Positions 22,370-35,684 of a stretch of 64,000 nucleotides of DNA are shown piece after piece. The DNA is from Zancudomyces culisetae HAW-14-8. Its lineage: Eukaryota > Fungi > Kickxellomycota. Position 1 is the first letter of the stretch; each line of letters opens with the position of its first letter. Below the pieces are notes generated by a model that saw only the letters and a list, made by a program, of their open reading frames with translations, did not search any database and was not told the DNA's origin. Location of the stretch: the NCBI GenBank assembly GCA_052426225.1, contig JBNJNM010000009.1:930001-994000 (forward strand). Reading direction: 5' to 3'. A program made the translations under genes and the position numbers.

Positions 22370-23330
22370 TATTGTAGGATTTGCCTACATACTTTTTGCT
22401 ACGAATCAATTGCGATCCCGTAGCGATAAAACCACCAATGAATGTATAGTGTAATATACTCTAGATAATTTTAGTTCACTGATATATTTTTTCTGATAAT
22501 GTGAAGGCCCAGTTTGAATAGCACAGACTTTGTCACTATACTAAGTTCGGATCATATTGTAATATATTCTAGATATTATAAGTTATCTGTTATATTTTTT
22601 CAGCTAATGTAATGGCTGAGTTTAGTATATCACTGATTATGTCAGTTATACTCAGGTTGCGGATCACTTCACTGGTTCAGATTGCCGTAATATGAATGTT
22701 TTTAATACCTTTTATTATTGTTATGATAATAATAAAACACTAAGTAAACTATATCAGTATCAATTGCTATTTTCAATTATTAAGTATATAAAAACGTATA
22801 TGTAAAGTATTATCTGTTAAAAAAAGATAAAGATGCTATTTTCGTTGTCCGCTCTCGTTATATTCGGTTTGTTATTCACTTTACTATCTTAGATTATTAT
22901 TACTATATATTCTGCTAGCTATCATTGGTAGTTATCTTCTACTAAGGAATCGCAATTGATTCGCTAACATAAAGTATGTAGCCGTTATACTACAATATCA
23001 CTGTTTTTGATTGACGTATACAGAATGATTATTATATTCAATTATTGTTATATTAATAATAATAGCTAAGTATACTATATTGTATTAAGTACCAACTGTA
23101 ATTAATATAAATATAAAAATGTATATGTACACTATATTCTGTTAGAAAAGTCTAAAGATGTCCTTTTTCGTTGTCCACGCTCGTTATATTCACTGATCGT
23201 TCTGACATTGAAACTAGATTAATATAGTTATAATATTATTGATCTCGCTATGCATTCATTGGTGGTTATCTTTGCTAAGAAATTGCGATTGATTCGCCAG
23301 CAAAAATTATGTAGCCGTTATATTACAATA
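22370..23330. repeat. Decayed inverted/tandem repeat complex (MITE-like)
   Basis: 22370-22445 is an imperfect reverse complement of 22920-22997 and 23250-23330. There is a ~108-bp tandem pair at 22451-22667 and a ~330-bp direct repeat (22714-22997 vs 23041-23330). Confidence 0.7.
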
Positions 23331-26300
23331 TGTTGTTACACATTCAATTACATCATTCTGATCTATTTTATTGATCCTAGTTATTAGTATATCTGAATAA
23401 TAGTGCCAATCTAAACTTAGCCTTTAACATTATATAAAAATAAATATGGTTGGTAATATCATAAAATTTATTAAGTATAGATTTTTCATTTAGTTTAATA
23501 ATACACTCTTATTTTTGATAATTATTTTTGGTTCGTAGTATAACGACTACATCAATTTCTAGCGAATCAATTTTTATCATCTGTGTATATAATAACATGT
23601 GTATGTTTCTCAGCTGGTTATTTAAATTAACCTATTAGTAAAGTCAAATGACTTGACTTATGGCAAATTTAGACTAGACTTTCAGAAAAAAGTGAAATTA
23701 TAGACGAAGTCTAATACTTACCACATATACAATTACTCATTACTAAGTTAGCTTATTTGTTAATATCTTTTTGCTTAGTGTTAAATATTAAATCTTTATA
23801 AACGTAGTTTAACAAATAAACTCGGCAAACAGCACACTTAGTCATAGATTATACAATTAGTTCAAATTTCATTTCTATTTTTATATGTGATTACTTTGCT
23901 AAACATTTGATATATTAAATACACAATATTACAATCTCAATTGCATAATCCAATTATTAATCCTCTTTTTTATTACTTACTTCATCTTATTCTATAGCTT
24001 TAAGTGTATCACATTTTAAACTATGGCTAATTCACATATGTATCATCTCGATTCTTCAATACACTAATATATATTTTTAAAACTATTGATCTTATACTCT
24101 GTATAATTATAAATTTTATTTTAAAGTTTCTAGGCCAGAGTGTACTTGTCATGATAAATTTTTATAAATCTTATTTGTTTTATAGTATTATTGATTTATT
24201 TAATATATTAATCTAATTAAGAATGTACTCATAATATTTATCCCAACCACAAAAATGAATTGTGATTCTTTGATAATCAGCTTTCATTTTTTTTTGTTTT
24301 TACACATTACCTTTTAATAATTATCTAGAGTTACTTTTTTAAAAGAATATAATCGGTTTTTAGTATATTAATCTAAATATCTACATTTTACATTTCATCA
24401 AATGTATTTTTTGTTTACCCTTTTGTAGTTCATATTAAATTTTTTTTAAATTCCTCTAAACTTTACTCTGTAATAACATTTATATTTAATTAATGTGTAG
24501 ACTATTATGCTAATTTATTCTACTCAATAACTCAATTCTTCTAATTTCAAGATAGCTTGTTAAATCGTTTATATTAATTTATACTGAAATGAAGTAAATA
24601 CTAACTTAGTTAAACACTTTATCATATATAAAATTGATATTTAATCTATCTATTCTTATTTACCCAAGTGAAACTATATAATGTTTGATTTGCTTAAAAC
24701 AAAAAATAGGGATAGTATGGATACTATTAATTTGTTACAATTTTCTAAACGTTAATTACAATATTTTACTCAAATCCAATAATATCATTCGTTTATTCAA
24801 AGATTCAGTTTTTATATGATATAAAATAATCTTTCTTAGTAATTTTTCTTTTCTGCTAATCCCTGTAATAAATCATTTCAATATATATTGGTAAACTAAT
24901 TCCCTACTTTGTAGTATTTATGTTTCTTTAATTCACCTCATCCTCGAATAATTTTTTGAATGATATTTCTAATTTTCACTGCTTTTCTCAAGACAAGAGA
25001 ATATTACATCATTTCGATACTTTTTGATAATATTCTTTGCTATATTAATTCATTCTCATTAGGCCCCTTTCAGCTTACCATGTTTCTTAATAAATTCTTA
25101 ATAAGCGCAATCTTGTAAGTTAAAACTCAATGTCATTTTTTTCTTCATACTTTTTTTTCATAATATTTTTAGAGGTTCAACTCTAAATCGAAATGATATT
25201 TTTTTACTTACCTTTCTAATATTGTGTATAGCTCAATTAATAGAATTCATTTGAAATAAATCGATGTAGGTATACTAAGAAAATCGATCTCTTTTAGTTT
25301 AATAGTAAACCGAGTAATATGAGCAATACTCCAACTAGCAATTCCTTTCTATATTTATACCCATATTGATTTATTAGTTATATGGGTTCATAAAGTAAGT
25401 GCATATCTCCCTATTTTATGTATATTAGTTCCTGGAAAGAAATATCTTCAACATATTTTTAAATTAATATCCATTTTAGTAGCACAGTGTTTTCCGATTT
25501 CTAGACCGCATTTCACATATCAATAAATTGCTTCATTTATTTACTTTAAATAAAATTTAGCATTACTTCTTACAAAACAGATTATTAAAGGATGTTTAAT
25601 TTTGGTATTGCAAGCATACACAAATATCTCAACATCCGGGATTAGTATGACAGAAAAGAATATTAATTTGTTATCAAAGTGAAAATATTACAAGCAGTGA
25701 TTAGTGGTCATATACAAAAACTCTCAGAAACTTTGATATCCTTGAGATCTCAAAGTGGTTTATTCATATTTAATGGAAAGCGTCCAATACCAATATCTAG
25801 GTATTCGACCTTATTCATAAATTTAGTGCCCTTATATACAACGGTTCAAGCTCTCTAGCAATCACCAAATGCATAATATGCGACCTATGCAGTACATTCC
25901 TCCATTTTTACCTGATTGTCAACTCTAGAGCTGCTTCGTAGTCTAGGTTCTTTATGTTTTACAGAACATGCATTTAATCAGTTTCAATCATATTTACTCT
26001 AAATATTTTCTGAATATTAACACATATTTGTTAACGCATAATTTATTATTTCTAATTTTTTCAACCTAAGATTTTCTAGCACTGTAAACTGATCAAAGAA
26101 CTGAAAACAATAAAATAGAGAAGATATGATTATATTTATATTTTTTTCCTTACAATGATTTTGGTTTACACCATCACTTGTTGCGCAACAAATATTTAAT
26201 CACAGAGGTTTGAACACTTGAGTATAGTTAGGGGGGAATTTTGATTGTATAAAGAGGTTTTATTCGATTTTTGTAAATAATGCTTGTATTGGGAATTTTA

Positions 26301-26808
26301 ACGCACTAGAACAACATAAGCGTTTATGAATAGGAAGAGCTACAAGGTTAAGGTTTTAATAGAATTTAAAGTTATATATCACCACCAAAAGCCTCAAGCT
26401 CTCCGTCTTTGACTGTGGTTTCCATTTTTACGAGTATACGAATAATAAAGTGTAGTACTGCTTATTTAATTTGCTGGATATTTACCAACAAATCAACATT
26501 TGTACCCAATACCAAATAGACTTAATGGGGTTTTATTTCTTAGTTTGATTCGCAGCTTATGTTTGGAGTTATGTTATTTTTGTTGGTCTTTATTTAATAA
26601 TTCTAGCAGTTTAAAGAAATGGAACATAAAAAGAAAAAAAAGGATTAAAGACCTTAGTCAACCAGAACAACTGACAAGACACTTGTACATATAATATCAT
26701 TATATTCGTTCTTTTTTTCTTTACAAGAGCATAACAGACCTATTAAAAGTGGTTGTGAGTAAAAGCTGTACATCGTAAAGATTTTAGAGAGTCGGTGAAC
26801 AACACAAA

Positions 26809-28353
26809 ATGTGGACGGGAGATTTGTACTACAAGGAGACAAGACGTAAGCTTTTATCAAGTTATGAATATGCCTTTACCTATTTATCTTGTCACTGTGC
26901 CACAATATGTTGTTTTTGAAAGTGAGCTAATTAGTCCAAACTGTTCAACTTGAATTAAAATAGTTTCAAGCGATTCCAAGGCTTTACCCTATATAGACAT
27001 AACGAGCTGTAGTTTTTTGGAAACTTTCAATCTGGGGGGCATATATATAAGCGGGATCATGCAGCTTACAAAGGGTTCCGATGAAAAAGACGAAATAATT
27101 GCGAAATTGGGATTAGAAGACAAAGTCGATTCGTATGACTTGTCAGGATTTGGTTTGAACAGCGTTGATTTTGAGGCTACACCATTTCTGCTGTATGTAT
27201 TGCTCCTAACTACGTGTGTAGATGGCTTTATTGTGATAATTATTCCTTTTAAGGAACTATAACTCTATAGTTGCTGAAAATAGGTATGCTAACATAAATT
27301 CCAAATTGGAAAATGACCCATGTTTAATGGAGTTCAAAAGGTGTCTATACCTGGTAAGCATTTTCAACTTTGATATTTATAATACATCCTTAATATTTGA
27401 GATTTAATATTATTTAAATTTTTACTCGACCGAAAAAATAGATTTCAGTCAATGAAAAAAAGTATGCATTCAAGACCAAGTTGATATCAAAACCAAATAG
27501 TATAGGTTTGACAACAGAGCGCTATGCTGTTATTGTTGGAGTTTTGAAAGAAAATAGTAAAAAAAATCTGTGTGTATTAGTTTTAAAGGAGGGTTGTACA
27601 TTTGGCTCAGGCATAAATACAAATAGTAGTGACAAACGACAGTTCCTTAAATATAGCCAAGTGAGCTGCAAGGCAAGTGATATAGAAAGAGATCTTTCCG
27701 TAAATTTGAATGTAATATCTAGGATTGGACAAAAAAGTAATTATAGAAGCGAGCATGAAGCTGGGAATCTCGCTAATGGTTATAGCGTTGCTCTAGAATA
27801 TCGCAGCGGTGAGATATCAAACGAATATGAAAATGAAAACGATAACGCAAACGCAAACGCAAACGCAAACGCAAGTGTATATACAAATATAGATGAAAAC
27901 GGAATTGGGGCTAGTCTTGAAAAGATAGCTTCAACACTTGAAAATAACAATATGTGTGAATGTAACGACAAGTATAAATGTGATAAATGCAACGGGTCTT
28001 TTCAGAAAGAGGTTACCCTAAATACAGCATCTCAACCCGTAAAAAATGGTGAACTTGTGACCATCAATAGTTACATTCGGACAAAAGAAAAGGAAAGTGA
28101 GGGAGGTGTAGAGGGGAAAGAAGAAAGGAGAAATGTTTTTGAGTGCAACAAAAGCAAGTTGAAGCTGTTGGTAATGGAAAAGCTGAGAAGGAACAATATT
28201 AAGCGGTCAGACCCGGATTTTGAAGATCTATGGCATCAGATCTACAAGAGTTTACGCTTTACTTTGCGAAAGGATATCGTCCAGCGAGAAATTCCTGTCT
28301 CTGAACTGCGTTCGGTTGTAGAAAAGCATATCAATTTTTATTTAAATGTCTAA
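26809..28353 (+). CDS. Spliced gene with Sld7 C-terminal-like domain (replication initiation factor candidate)
   Basis: Exon 1 MWTGDLYYKETR/GTAAG splices in frame to the 27017 ORF. The last exon ends LKLLVMEKLRRNNI..FEDLWHQIYKSLRFTLR, resembling Sld7_C. Confidence 0.55.
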
Positions 28354-28417
28354 ATATCTGTACTTCAAAACCAAATAAAAAGGTACGCCATTTATAACCA
28401 AGTACAACCAAGTAATC

Positions 28418-29455
28418 TCAAGATGAAAAAGATTTGTATAAATACAACAAACCGAATAACAAGAACAAAACTGAACCTGCGAACGTCAGCTTTTTTACTG
28501 AAATCTTTTCTGCTAGCAGTTTGCCACCTATGACTGCCATAAACGTACACACCGAGTGTCCAATAATTGTTCCCAACGTAACACTCCACACTTCCTGCGA
28601 CGCCCCGAGGGCAATAATTGCCAGCTGTGAGCGGTCGCCCCATTCCGCCAGAAAAACGAGCACAAATACCTCGACAAATATTGGAGATAGTAACAGAACC
28701 AACAGATTGCGTACTGGAGTCAGTACCTTGGTCCGCAGCTTGACTTTAAGATGCTCCACTGGATCCTCGCTGTCTGTTGTTGTGCGCAACCCAGATACAT
28801 TGGCTGCCTTACTGAGCCCGTCGTTCTCTTGTGTGTCCTTTCCACTCATCCCGAGTCCTTGTTTTTCTTCTTGACTGGTTTCTATTTCGTGTGATATTAC
28901 ATCTACAACCACGTTGTAATCGTCCTTGGTGTCAAACTCATTTATTTTCTCACCATCTAGCTTTTCCTCCAATTCCTCTTGTATTTCTTTCATTTCGTCA
29001 AGCACCGCATCATTTTTCATTTCTTTCGCCTCAAAGTACATTTTCAATGCAAAAACCAGAAACATTACCCCTGCCAATGTTGAAACCATTTGCAAAGGAA
29101 TCATTTTCACCATCATATTGCCCAAGACTGCTGATAAATAAGACATTAGCCACAGCGAGGTGCAACTAGCTAAGAATATCACTTTTCTCGGATGTTTCAT
29201 TGCTAAAATCGCAGCTATCAAGAAGGTCTTGTCTCCTATTTCGGAAAATATCACTAGCGCTGTCGTTTGCAAAAATGAATCCATAAATTGACCTTTCTTC
29301 TCACCGTTTTCGCCAGAATGTTCGCCTTCAAGGTTTTTCAGCCCTTCCACCGGCTTTTCAGCATCCACTGCTGCTGGCAGTGCTGCTATTAAACTTAATA
29401 CCAAAGTGCCAAGGACTGATAACCTTAGTACGCCTCTACTCATCGTCCGTTCCAT
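28418..29455 (-). CDS. GDT1: GDT1/TMEM165 (UPF0016) Golgi Ca2+/Mn2+ antiporter
   Basis: Two signature motifs EIGDKT and EWGDRSQ, signal peptide, TM helices, acidic loop. Confidence 0.93.
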   Translation of the reverse strand: MERTMSRGVLRLSVLGTLVLSLIAALPAAVDAEKPVEGLKNLEGEHSGENGEKKGQFMDSFLQTTALVIFSEIGDKTFLIAAILAMKHPRKVIFLASCTSLWLMSYLSAVLGNMMVKMIPLQMVSTLAGVMFLVFALKMYFEAKEMKNDAVLDEMKEIQEELEEKLDGEKINEFDTKDDYNVVVDVISHEIETSQEEKQGLGMSGKDTQENDGLSKAANVSGLRTTTDSEDPVEHLKVKLRTKVLTPVRNLLVLLLSPIFVEVFVLVFLAEWGDRSQLAIIALGASQEVWSVTLGTIIGHSVCTFMAVIGGKLLAEKISVKKLTFAGSVLFLLFGLLYLYKSFSS

Positions 29456-30175
29456 TTTCGCAATTTTTTTTCGCTTTCCTTGTCAAATTGTTACTATTTA
29501 CGCTTCTAATCGCATGTACGAACAGATAGTTGATGCTAGAAGGGATAAAAATATATTTGCCTTTATGACACCATGTATAGTTTGATTATTTAGTGGCAAG
29601 GCTATTTTGGAATCATCAAATAATGGTCACCGAACGTTTTTATATTTGTAAAATTTTTTTATGTGAACTTTAAATGGCTATTTTAAAGTAGTTAGCATTT
29701 ATTCCATAACACAGGTTATATTAAAAAATAAATGTGTATGCATATTTACAACCCCCAAATCTTGTTTATTCCCTGTGAATTTTCTGTCGAAAAAAAAATA
29801 ATAAATGGGGCAAAAACGTTTTTTCGTCAAATAAATTGCAGATTAATTTCACTGGTAAACACAAACTATAAAATAGCCAATTACTTTTACCAGTAATCGT
29901 CATCAATTTAGTAAGCCAATTCTAGAACAGCAAATCTGTTGTTAATGATGGACAGAATTTATAATTAGGATTGTTGAATAGCTTTGTGTATTTCGGAAAA
30001 AACGACCAACCCATCCCAGTCATTCGCAATAAATCTTATTTTGAGAGTTGGGCAACTTCAATCAAGTTTACTGCTACTTATTCTATTTGCTCTTATACCC
30101 AGCAACTGATTTCTTTACACACATATAAGAGTTTTTTTTCTAGCTTCTGCTGTAATAGGTGTTAATTAAAATCAA

Positions 30176-30592
30176 ATGGAAGCCAAATTGTGTCGACCCA
30201 GAGTTCTATTTGCCTGCATCCACAATGCAGGAAGATCTCAAATTGCCGCCGAGCTGTACCGAGCGAAGGGCGGATTTGGAATATCCGCAGGAACAAACCC
30301 CTCGACCCATGTACATCCCAACGTAGAAAGATGTATGCGAGAACTTGGCTTCGATCTGTCAAAAGCAACACCAATGAAACTGACTAGCGAGTTGGTTACT
30401 GAAAACAAAATCGATTTCATTATAACAATGGGGTGTAATGAACAATGTCCCTATGTTCCAGGTGTCAAGATAGTTGCATGGAACATTTCTGACCCCAAGG
30501 GCATGGATGACGCGAATACAAGAGCAGTAATTAACGAGATTGGCATTGAACTTTCAAACTTTCTGGATAATTGTAAAAATATCGAACTCTGA
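30176..30592 (+). CDS. arsC: ArsC-type arsenate reductase (LMW-PTP fold), intronless
   Basis: P-loop FACIHNAGRSQ, SAGT.P, TMGCNEQCP distal Cys pair, W..SDPKG. Confidence 0.85.
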   Translation: MEAKLCRPRVLFACIHNAGRSQIAAELYRAKGGFGISAGTNPSTHVHPNVERCMRELGFDLSKATPMKLTSELVTENKIDFIITMGCNEQCPYVPGVKIVAWNISDPKGMDDANTRAVINEIGIELSNFLDNCKNIEL

Positions 30593-31136
30593 GCCGTTGA
30601 TTCCACTCTCTACCAAACTTTGCATTTATAACCTTAAGTAACAGGTACTGGCTTTTTCCAAGCTTACATTTCTTTTTTGTTTTTTATGCAAATCTTCACT
30701 AGAACTTTTTTGCCATCAACATCAATACATTCTCCCTTTTTTTTTATGTGGTAATCCTGTATACCTCGCTGCAAATTGACAATGTTGGTGACACTAGAAT
30801 TGTTACTATTTTGATCTGTAATAAATTTTCCTATCAGTACCTCAACCCTCAGAAACCCAAAATAGCCGAATAGAGTATATGCGGCACTCTATGATGCCTA
30901 AAACAGTTTTTCCCCAAATACATCCACCTCTTATTTTGTTAATTTTCGACTATGTATCTCCCATTTAATAATACCATATCCATATGATGCTTCTGTAACA
31001 TTTTACACTTCAACATAATACATAACATTAAAACAAATTAAAATAAAAATATCGAGCCATAAACATAGTAGAATCGGTAAAAATCTTTAAAAAAAAGGCT
31101 GACCCAAAGGGTTTAGCATTTCTCTTTAATTAAGAG

Positions 31137-31805
31137 CTAGACTGATGCTAAAACTTTGGCTGCCACCGCAGAAAGCACCACTAGGCGTTTATCTATTGGC
31201 ATTTCATTAAACACTTCGATAACTGCTTTTCCCTTTCTATCCCGAATTTTTCCCAACGTTCTTCCTGCGAATGCACCCTAGTTTAATCAAAAATAGTAAT
31301 AAGAATAACATGGCAACACTTTGGATTTAGGGCCTAGGTATATTAGAAAATATAGTAAACTGGATTATGACTATAAGACTTGCAAATTTACCCCAATTGC
31401 GCCAGGAATGTTCGCAAAGATATAACCCATGACTCCCCCGGAAACCATTCCCAAATTCCTCCATACATACCCTTCTTTTTCGACCTCTTTTTTTAATATT
31501 TTTTCAAATACATCCCCAAACACATAATCCGCCTTTCTACCCTCACCACCCTCTGGAGGTTGATATTCCAAATCCGGGTCTGACATGTGCTTTTTGTATT
31601 TTTCATCATACTCCTTTCTTTTATGTTTATCCGTAAGTACATAGTAGGCATCGGCTAAATGTTGAAAAATCTCCGTCGCATCTGGCTTGAGGCTTCGGTC
31701 TGGATGCTCTACTATCGCTTTCTTCATATACGCCTTTCGTATTTCCTCGGTTTCTGCGCTGGGATCTACGCCCAATATAGAGTAGTAATCCACAAACTTG
31801 CCCAT
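31137..31805 (-). CDS. DnaJ-domain protein (2 exons; intron ~31278-31391)
   Basis: DYYSILGV..HPD J domain. Exon 2 GAFAGRTLGKIRDRKGK... is in frame. Confidence 0.88.
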
Positions 31806-32671
31806 TTTCCGTCCTTACCTTAGAATTCGTTTTTTTTTCTGGTTGGTGTAGACTTTGAATGCCGCTTTGCATAGTTAAATATGACCTATTCTTCTGTCTA
31901 TTTCCGAGTTGGTCCATTCCAAATTATTCTCCACTTATTTGCAGAGATTAACAGCAAAACGTTTCTAAAACTCAAACTAATCCTATCACTGCTCATTTTC
32001 AAATTGCAAATTATCACAAATTGTAAATATCCACCAAATTCCGGTTTTATTGGTACATTTTTTATGCCCAAATGATTTTTAAAAATGAAAACCATTGCTC
32101 TATGGTGACGCATCACTTTTCCCCTCACGTGCAAAGTGGTTTTTTTTGGTTTATTAATTATTTGCCATCTTTGAAATTATCACTAACAAATACTCACCCA
32201 ATGAGTGCAAGAGCCCAAACCTACTAACAAAGTTAGTGCGCAAGAACAAACGCAGTAACAAGATCAAGAAGAACAAGAACAAGAAGCAAACGTATATCTA
32301 ACGTTGAGGTTGGAGTAGAACCCGCACCCTCAAAGGTAAGATAAACTGAAACACTGAGGTCTGTTGTATAAAACTTGTTTACCATTAAATTCAGATATGG
32401 CACACACTGTTCGTAAAAAAATGAGCAGATTTAAAAAAGCCAGCATAAATAACAAACCCAGAATAAACAATTTAGTGCATAACTCACCCCTCCTCATATT
32501 TTTTACTTGAAAAAGTTTAAACACCTAGTCGTAACAAAACAGGAAATGATAACAAGCAATAACAAGCAATAGTCAGCATTTAAGACTCTATTAGTGTTAA
32601 ACGTACAAACCCTAGGTAAACCAACAAAGTATAAAATAAAGGTAAAGAAGCAACAAGTTCAGATTGCTACG

Positions 32672-33980
32672 CTAATATAGTGGCTTATACTGACGCAAGG
32701 TAATATTGCCTTCATCAAACATTTGTGCCGTTTTGTCATCCATTCCATAACTCATACTATATACAACTAGTTTTACCCCAGCCTGTACAATCTTCTTTGC
32801 GCAGCCTAGGCAGGGGCAGGTATTACAATATAGTATACTTGTTCCCTCACCTATCCTACTGCGTCCAGCTTCAAGTAGCGCGTTTTCTTCAGCATGGATA
32901 CATCTGCAATCATCCAATGATTGCCCGCATTTAGTTCCCAAATTACATCTTTCACACCCTCCTTCGTTGCAATTTTTTAGACCCATTGGGGTGCCATTGT
33001 ATCCTGTGGCGATTATTTTTTTATTTTGAACCAAAATACAGCCAACTCTGCGTTTCATACAATTTGATCGATGCGACGCTAGCTCAGCCAGCATCATGAA
33101 ATAGGCATCCCATGACGGTCTCAACCTTTCGTCGTCATCAAGTTTTACGCTGTCCAAATACTTGTATAGCTCACTCTTTGTATTATAGTTGTTATTTAGG
33201 TTTACATGACATTTTTTAAGTATCTCTCGGATAATCCTATTAAAATTATCGTGGCTTTCGGGCTTAAACAAGTACTCATCACAAATTGTCACAAATTCAT
33301 CCAAAGTTTTCTCGCTGCCTCTTCTATTGTAATTAACGGGTATATATAAATTTCGAGAATACTACTGATATGGGTATCATTTAATGAACAATGTGTACAA
33401 AATATTAATCAGGAAAAAAATGATTCAGTACTTTTCTTTAAATCGCTGAAATCGTTGAAGTATAGGAGCCTCAATACCAACAAGTAGAACAAAAGGCCTC
33501 CTCGATATTGCTTCCAGATCGCTTATACTCGTAATTCCTCGTGTTACATACCGCGTTCTCCAATTAACAGTAACGAAATCTGTTAGCGCCTGGATATCAT
33601 TAAATTTCATTCCACGATCATTCGTCCAGCTCTGTCCATCTCCGTTATCACCTTTGTGTTTGTATTTTTTGGATGTTTTTAGTCACAAATATTCTTGGAT
33701 TTTACTTTTACAATAATATATGTGCCAAAACACCTGTTAAATCTCCTCACAATATTCAAAGTATTATAAATACATATATACCTGCGTTTGTATCTATTTT
33801 TATTTCCTCAAAGCCATGATTTGTCTTTAAATATTCTAAAACCTGTGTTTTGCCACTACATACCGAACCTAAGATTTTATTTGATTTTTTTTGCAGATTA
33901 TCACAATATTCCTTTTATTCTGAAATAATCTCGAAATTCTCCGACTATAATTCATACCCACCTATAATTACTATAAACAT
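32672..33980 (-). CDS. DCD1: dCMP deaminase (multi-exon)
   Basis: RPSWDAYFM, HAEENA and PCLGC motifs. N-terminal exons give MFIVIIGSVCSGKT. Confidence 0.92.
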
Positions 33981-35684
33981 TCTTAACGATAGAGGTATGT
34001 TCTCTGTTGTATCTATGAGAATTGGTGATTAGATAGATGGTTGGGCAAACTTTGTTTCTATGTCTAGTTGTATATTTTAATTTAAATTAAAGATCTGTCT
34101 ATAAGAACAAGAATCTATGCTAACTATCCCTTTTCTTCCATTTCGCTAAACTTTAAAATCAAAGCTCCTGGCTGTCCTATTGGCTGTTAATCATTTTTTT
34201 TCTGTATATATTATCATCAACTTGAAAAAGAGTGTAGCAATGTTCAAGTTGTTTTGGTTGACTAAATAATTATAGCTTTAAACTAACTACTGAACATTGC
34301 AATCAATAAGTTTAGGAGATAAACCCTTGTATGTATATCAATGAGCCTCCAAAGTGCAAGTTTAGGGGAACGAATCCTACACAAGCTATAAAAAAAGAGT
34401 TTGTTTTCGGTATAATAACGCTTCATCGGCATGTGTCCAGCATCTAGTTGATTAAAAGCATTCAATATTTTAAAGAACATATCATACACCCTGATCTTAT
34501 TTTAACACACGTTTATTCTGCGTCTTTTTTTCCATTTTTTCAGTTTTATCTCATATAATTTTGAAACATGAACGGAAGCCTTCGAGTAACTCGTACCTAC
34601 CTCCTTTCAACCTTCATACATAACTTATCATTTTTAATCTCTTATAAGAACAGTGTTTTTGCTGGGAAATGGGTGCAAAATCTGCTTCGCTCTCGAATCG
34701 CAAAACAACCCTCACCACCCACCTTGCATACTCTCATTTTTTAAAAGGAATGTAAATATTATATCAATATATCAGACAGGAAGAAGCTGGTTCCAGGTAT
34801 TATTCATTGTAGACTTATTGGAACCTTTCTTTGTGCTTTTCTAGCAGACAAATATTATGAATATTACAAAAAGAGGTCACAATCGTCGGTTTGCATGTAA
34901 ACGTGTATATAATTCTAGGTACAATTGGGTAGGTATATTCACATCCAGTTAATGTTTTTAGTTACAGCGATATTAGTAGAACAGAGGTTAGGTGTTGGAG
35001 CATCAATTTGCTCCACCATTAAAACACCAGTAACATGTAATAAACAGTATCTTTACTATATAGTCAAACTTGGTCCACAATGATGTTTTCACCATTCTAG
35101 CCCGGCGTGAACGAGAGTTAAATGCCACATAAACATTCCCTTAACCTTCTTGTGTGTTGGTTCAAATCGTAATAAGTGACCAGACACTTTTCACAAGCCA
35201 CAGACAACCCATCCAAGAAGTAAGTTTATTTTTTTCTTTAGGCTCGGCTGAACTTGAAACAAGCTGTGAAAAATCATGGATGGGCTTCATCCAAACCAAT
35301 AGTTTTGTATATATAACACGAATCAATAACATGAGATTCCAAATAAAATAACAATTGGATTATAGCAAACCAAGGGTGGGTTGAAAGCCACATGATTGTT
35401 ACTAGTCTCAGCTTTGAAAAAAATAAAGGCAGTGTTTAATTACTGTCTTAAATATCGATTATTATTACCACATCAACTTACTATTTCCGAGGACATTCGG
35501 TGCGAGCAAAAGTTAAAAGTCAAAGATATACCTGAAATAAACCATCCGGAAGAACAAAAACACAACTTTGAACATTGTAGGCTTGCAAAATAATGGTACT
35601 ATGATTCACCTTTCAATATACTATACATTACCCCATTTTTAGTTTCATTCACGATCTACTAAGAGTGGAGGCAAACAAAATAGG

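Noticed and set aside
23600-26100. Possible decayed retroelement on the minus strand (fragments resembling WKGPY and GRIAR)
   Set aside because: Only a few stop-riddled tetrapeptide resemblances in very AT-rich DNA; needs TBLASTN to support
31898-32660. Splice-like signals suggesting a tiny multi-exon gene between DnaJ and DCD1
   Set aside because: Could not assemble a consistent reading frame with a start codon
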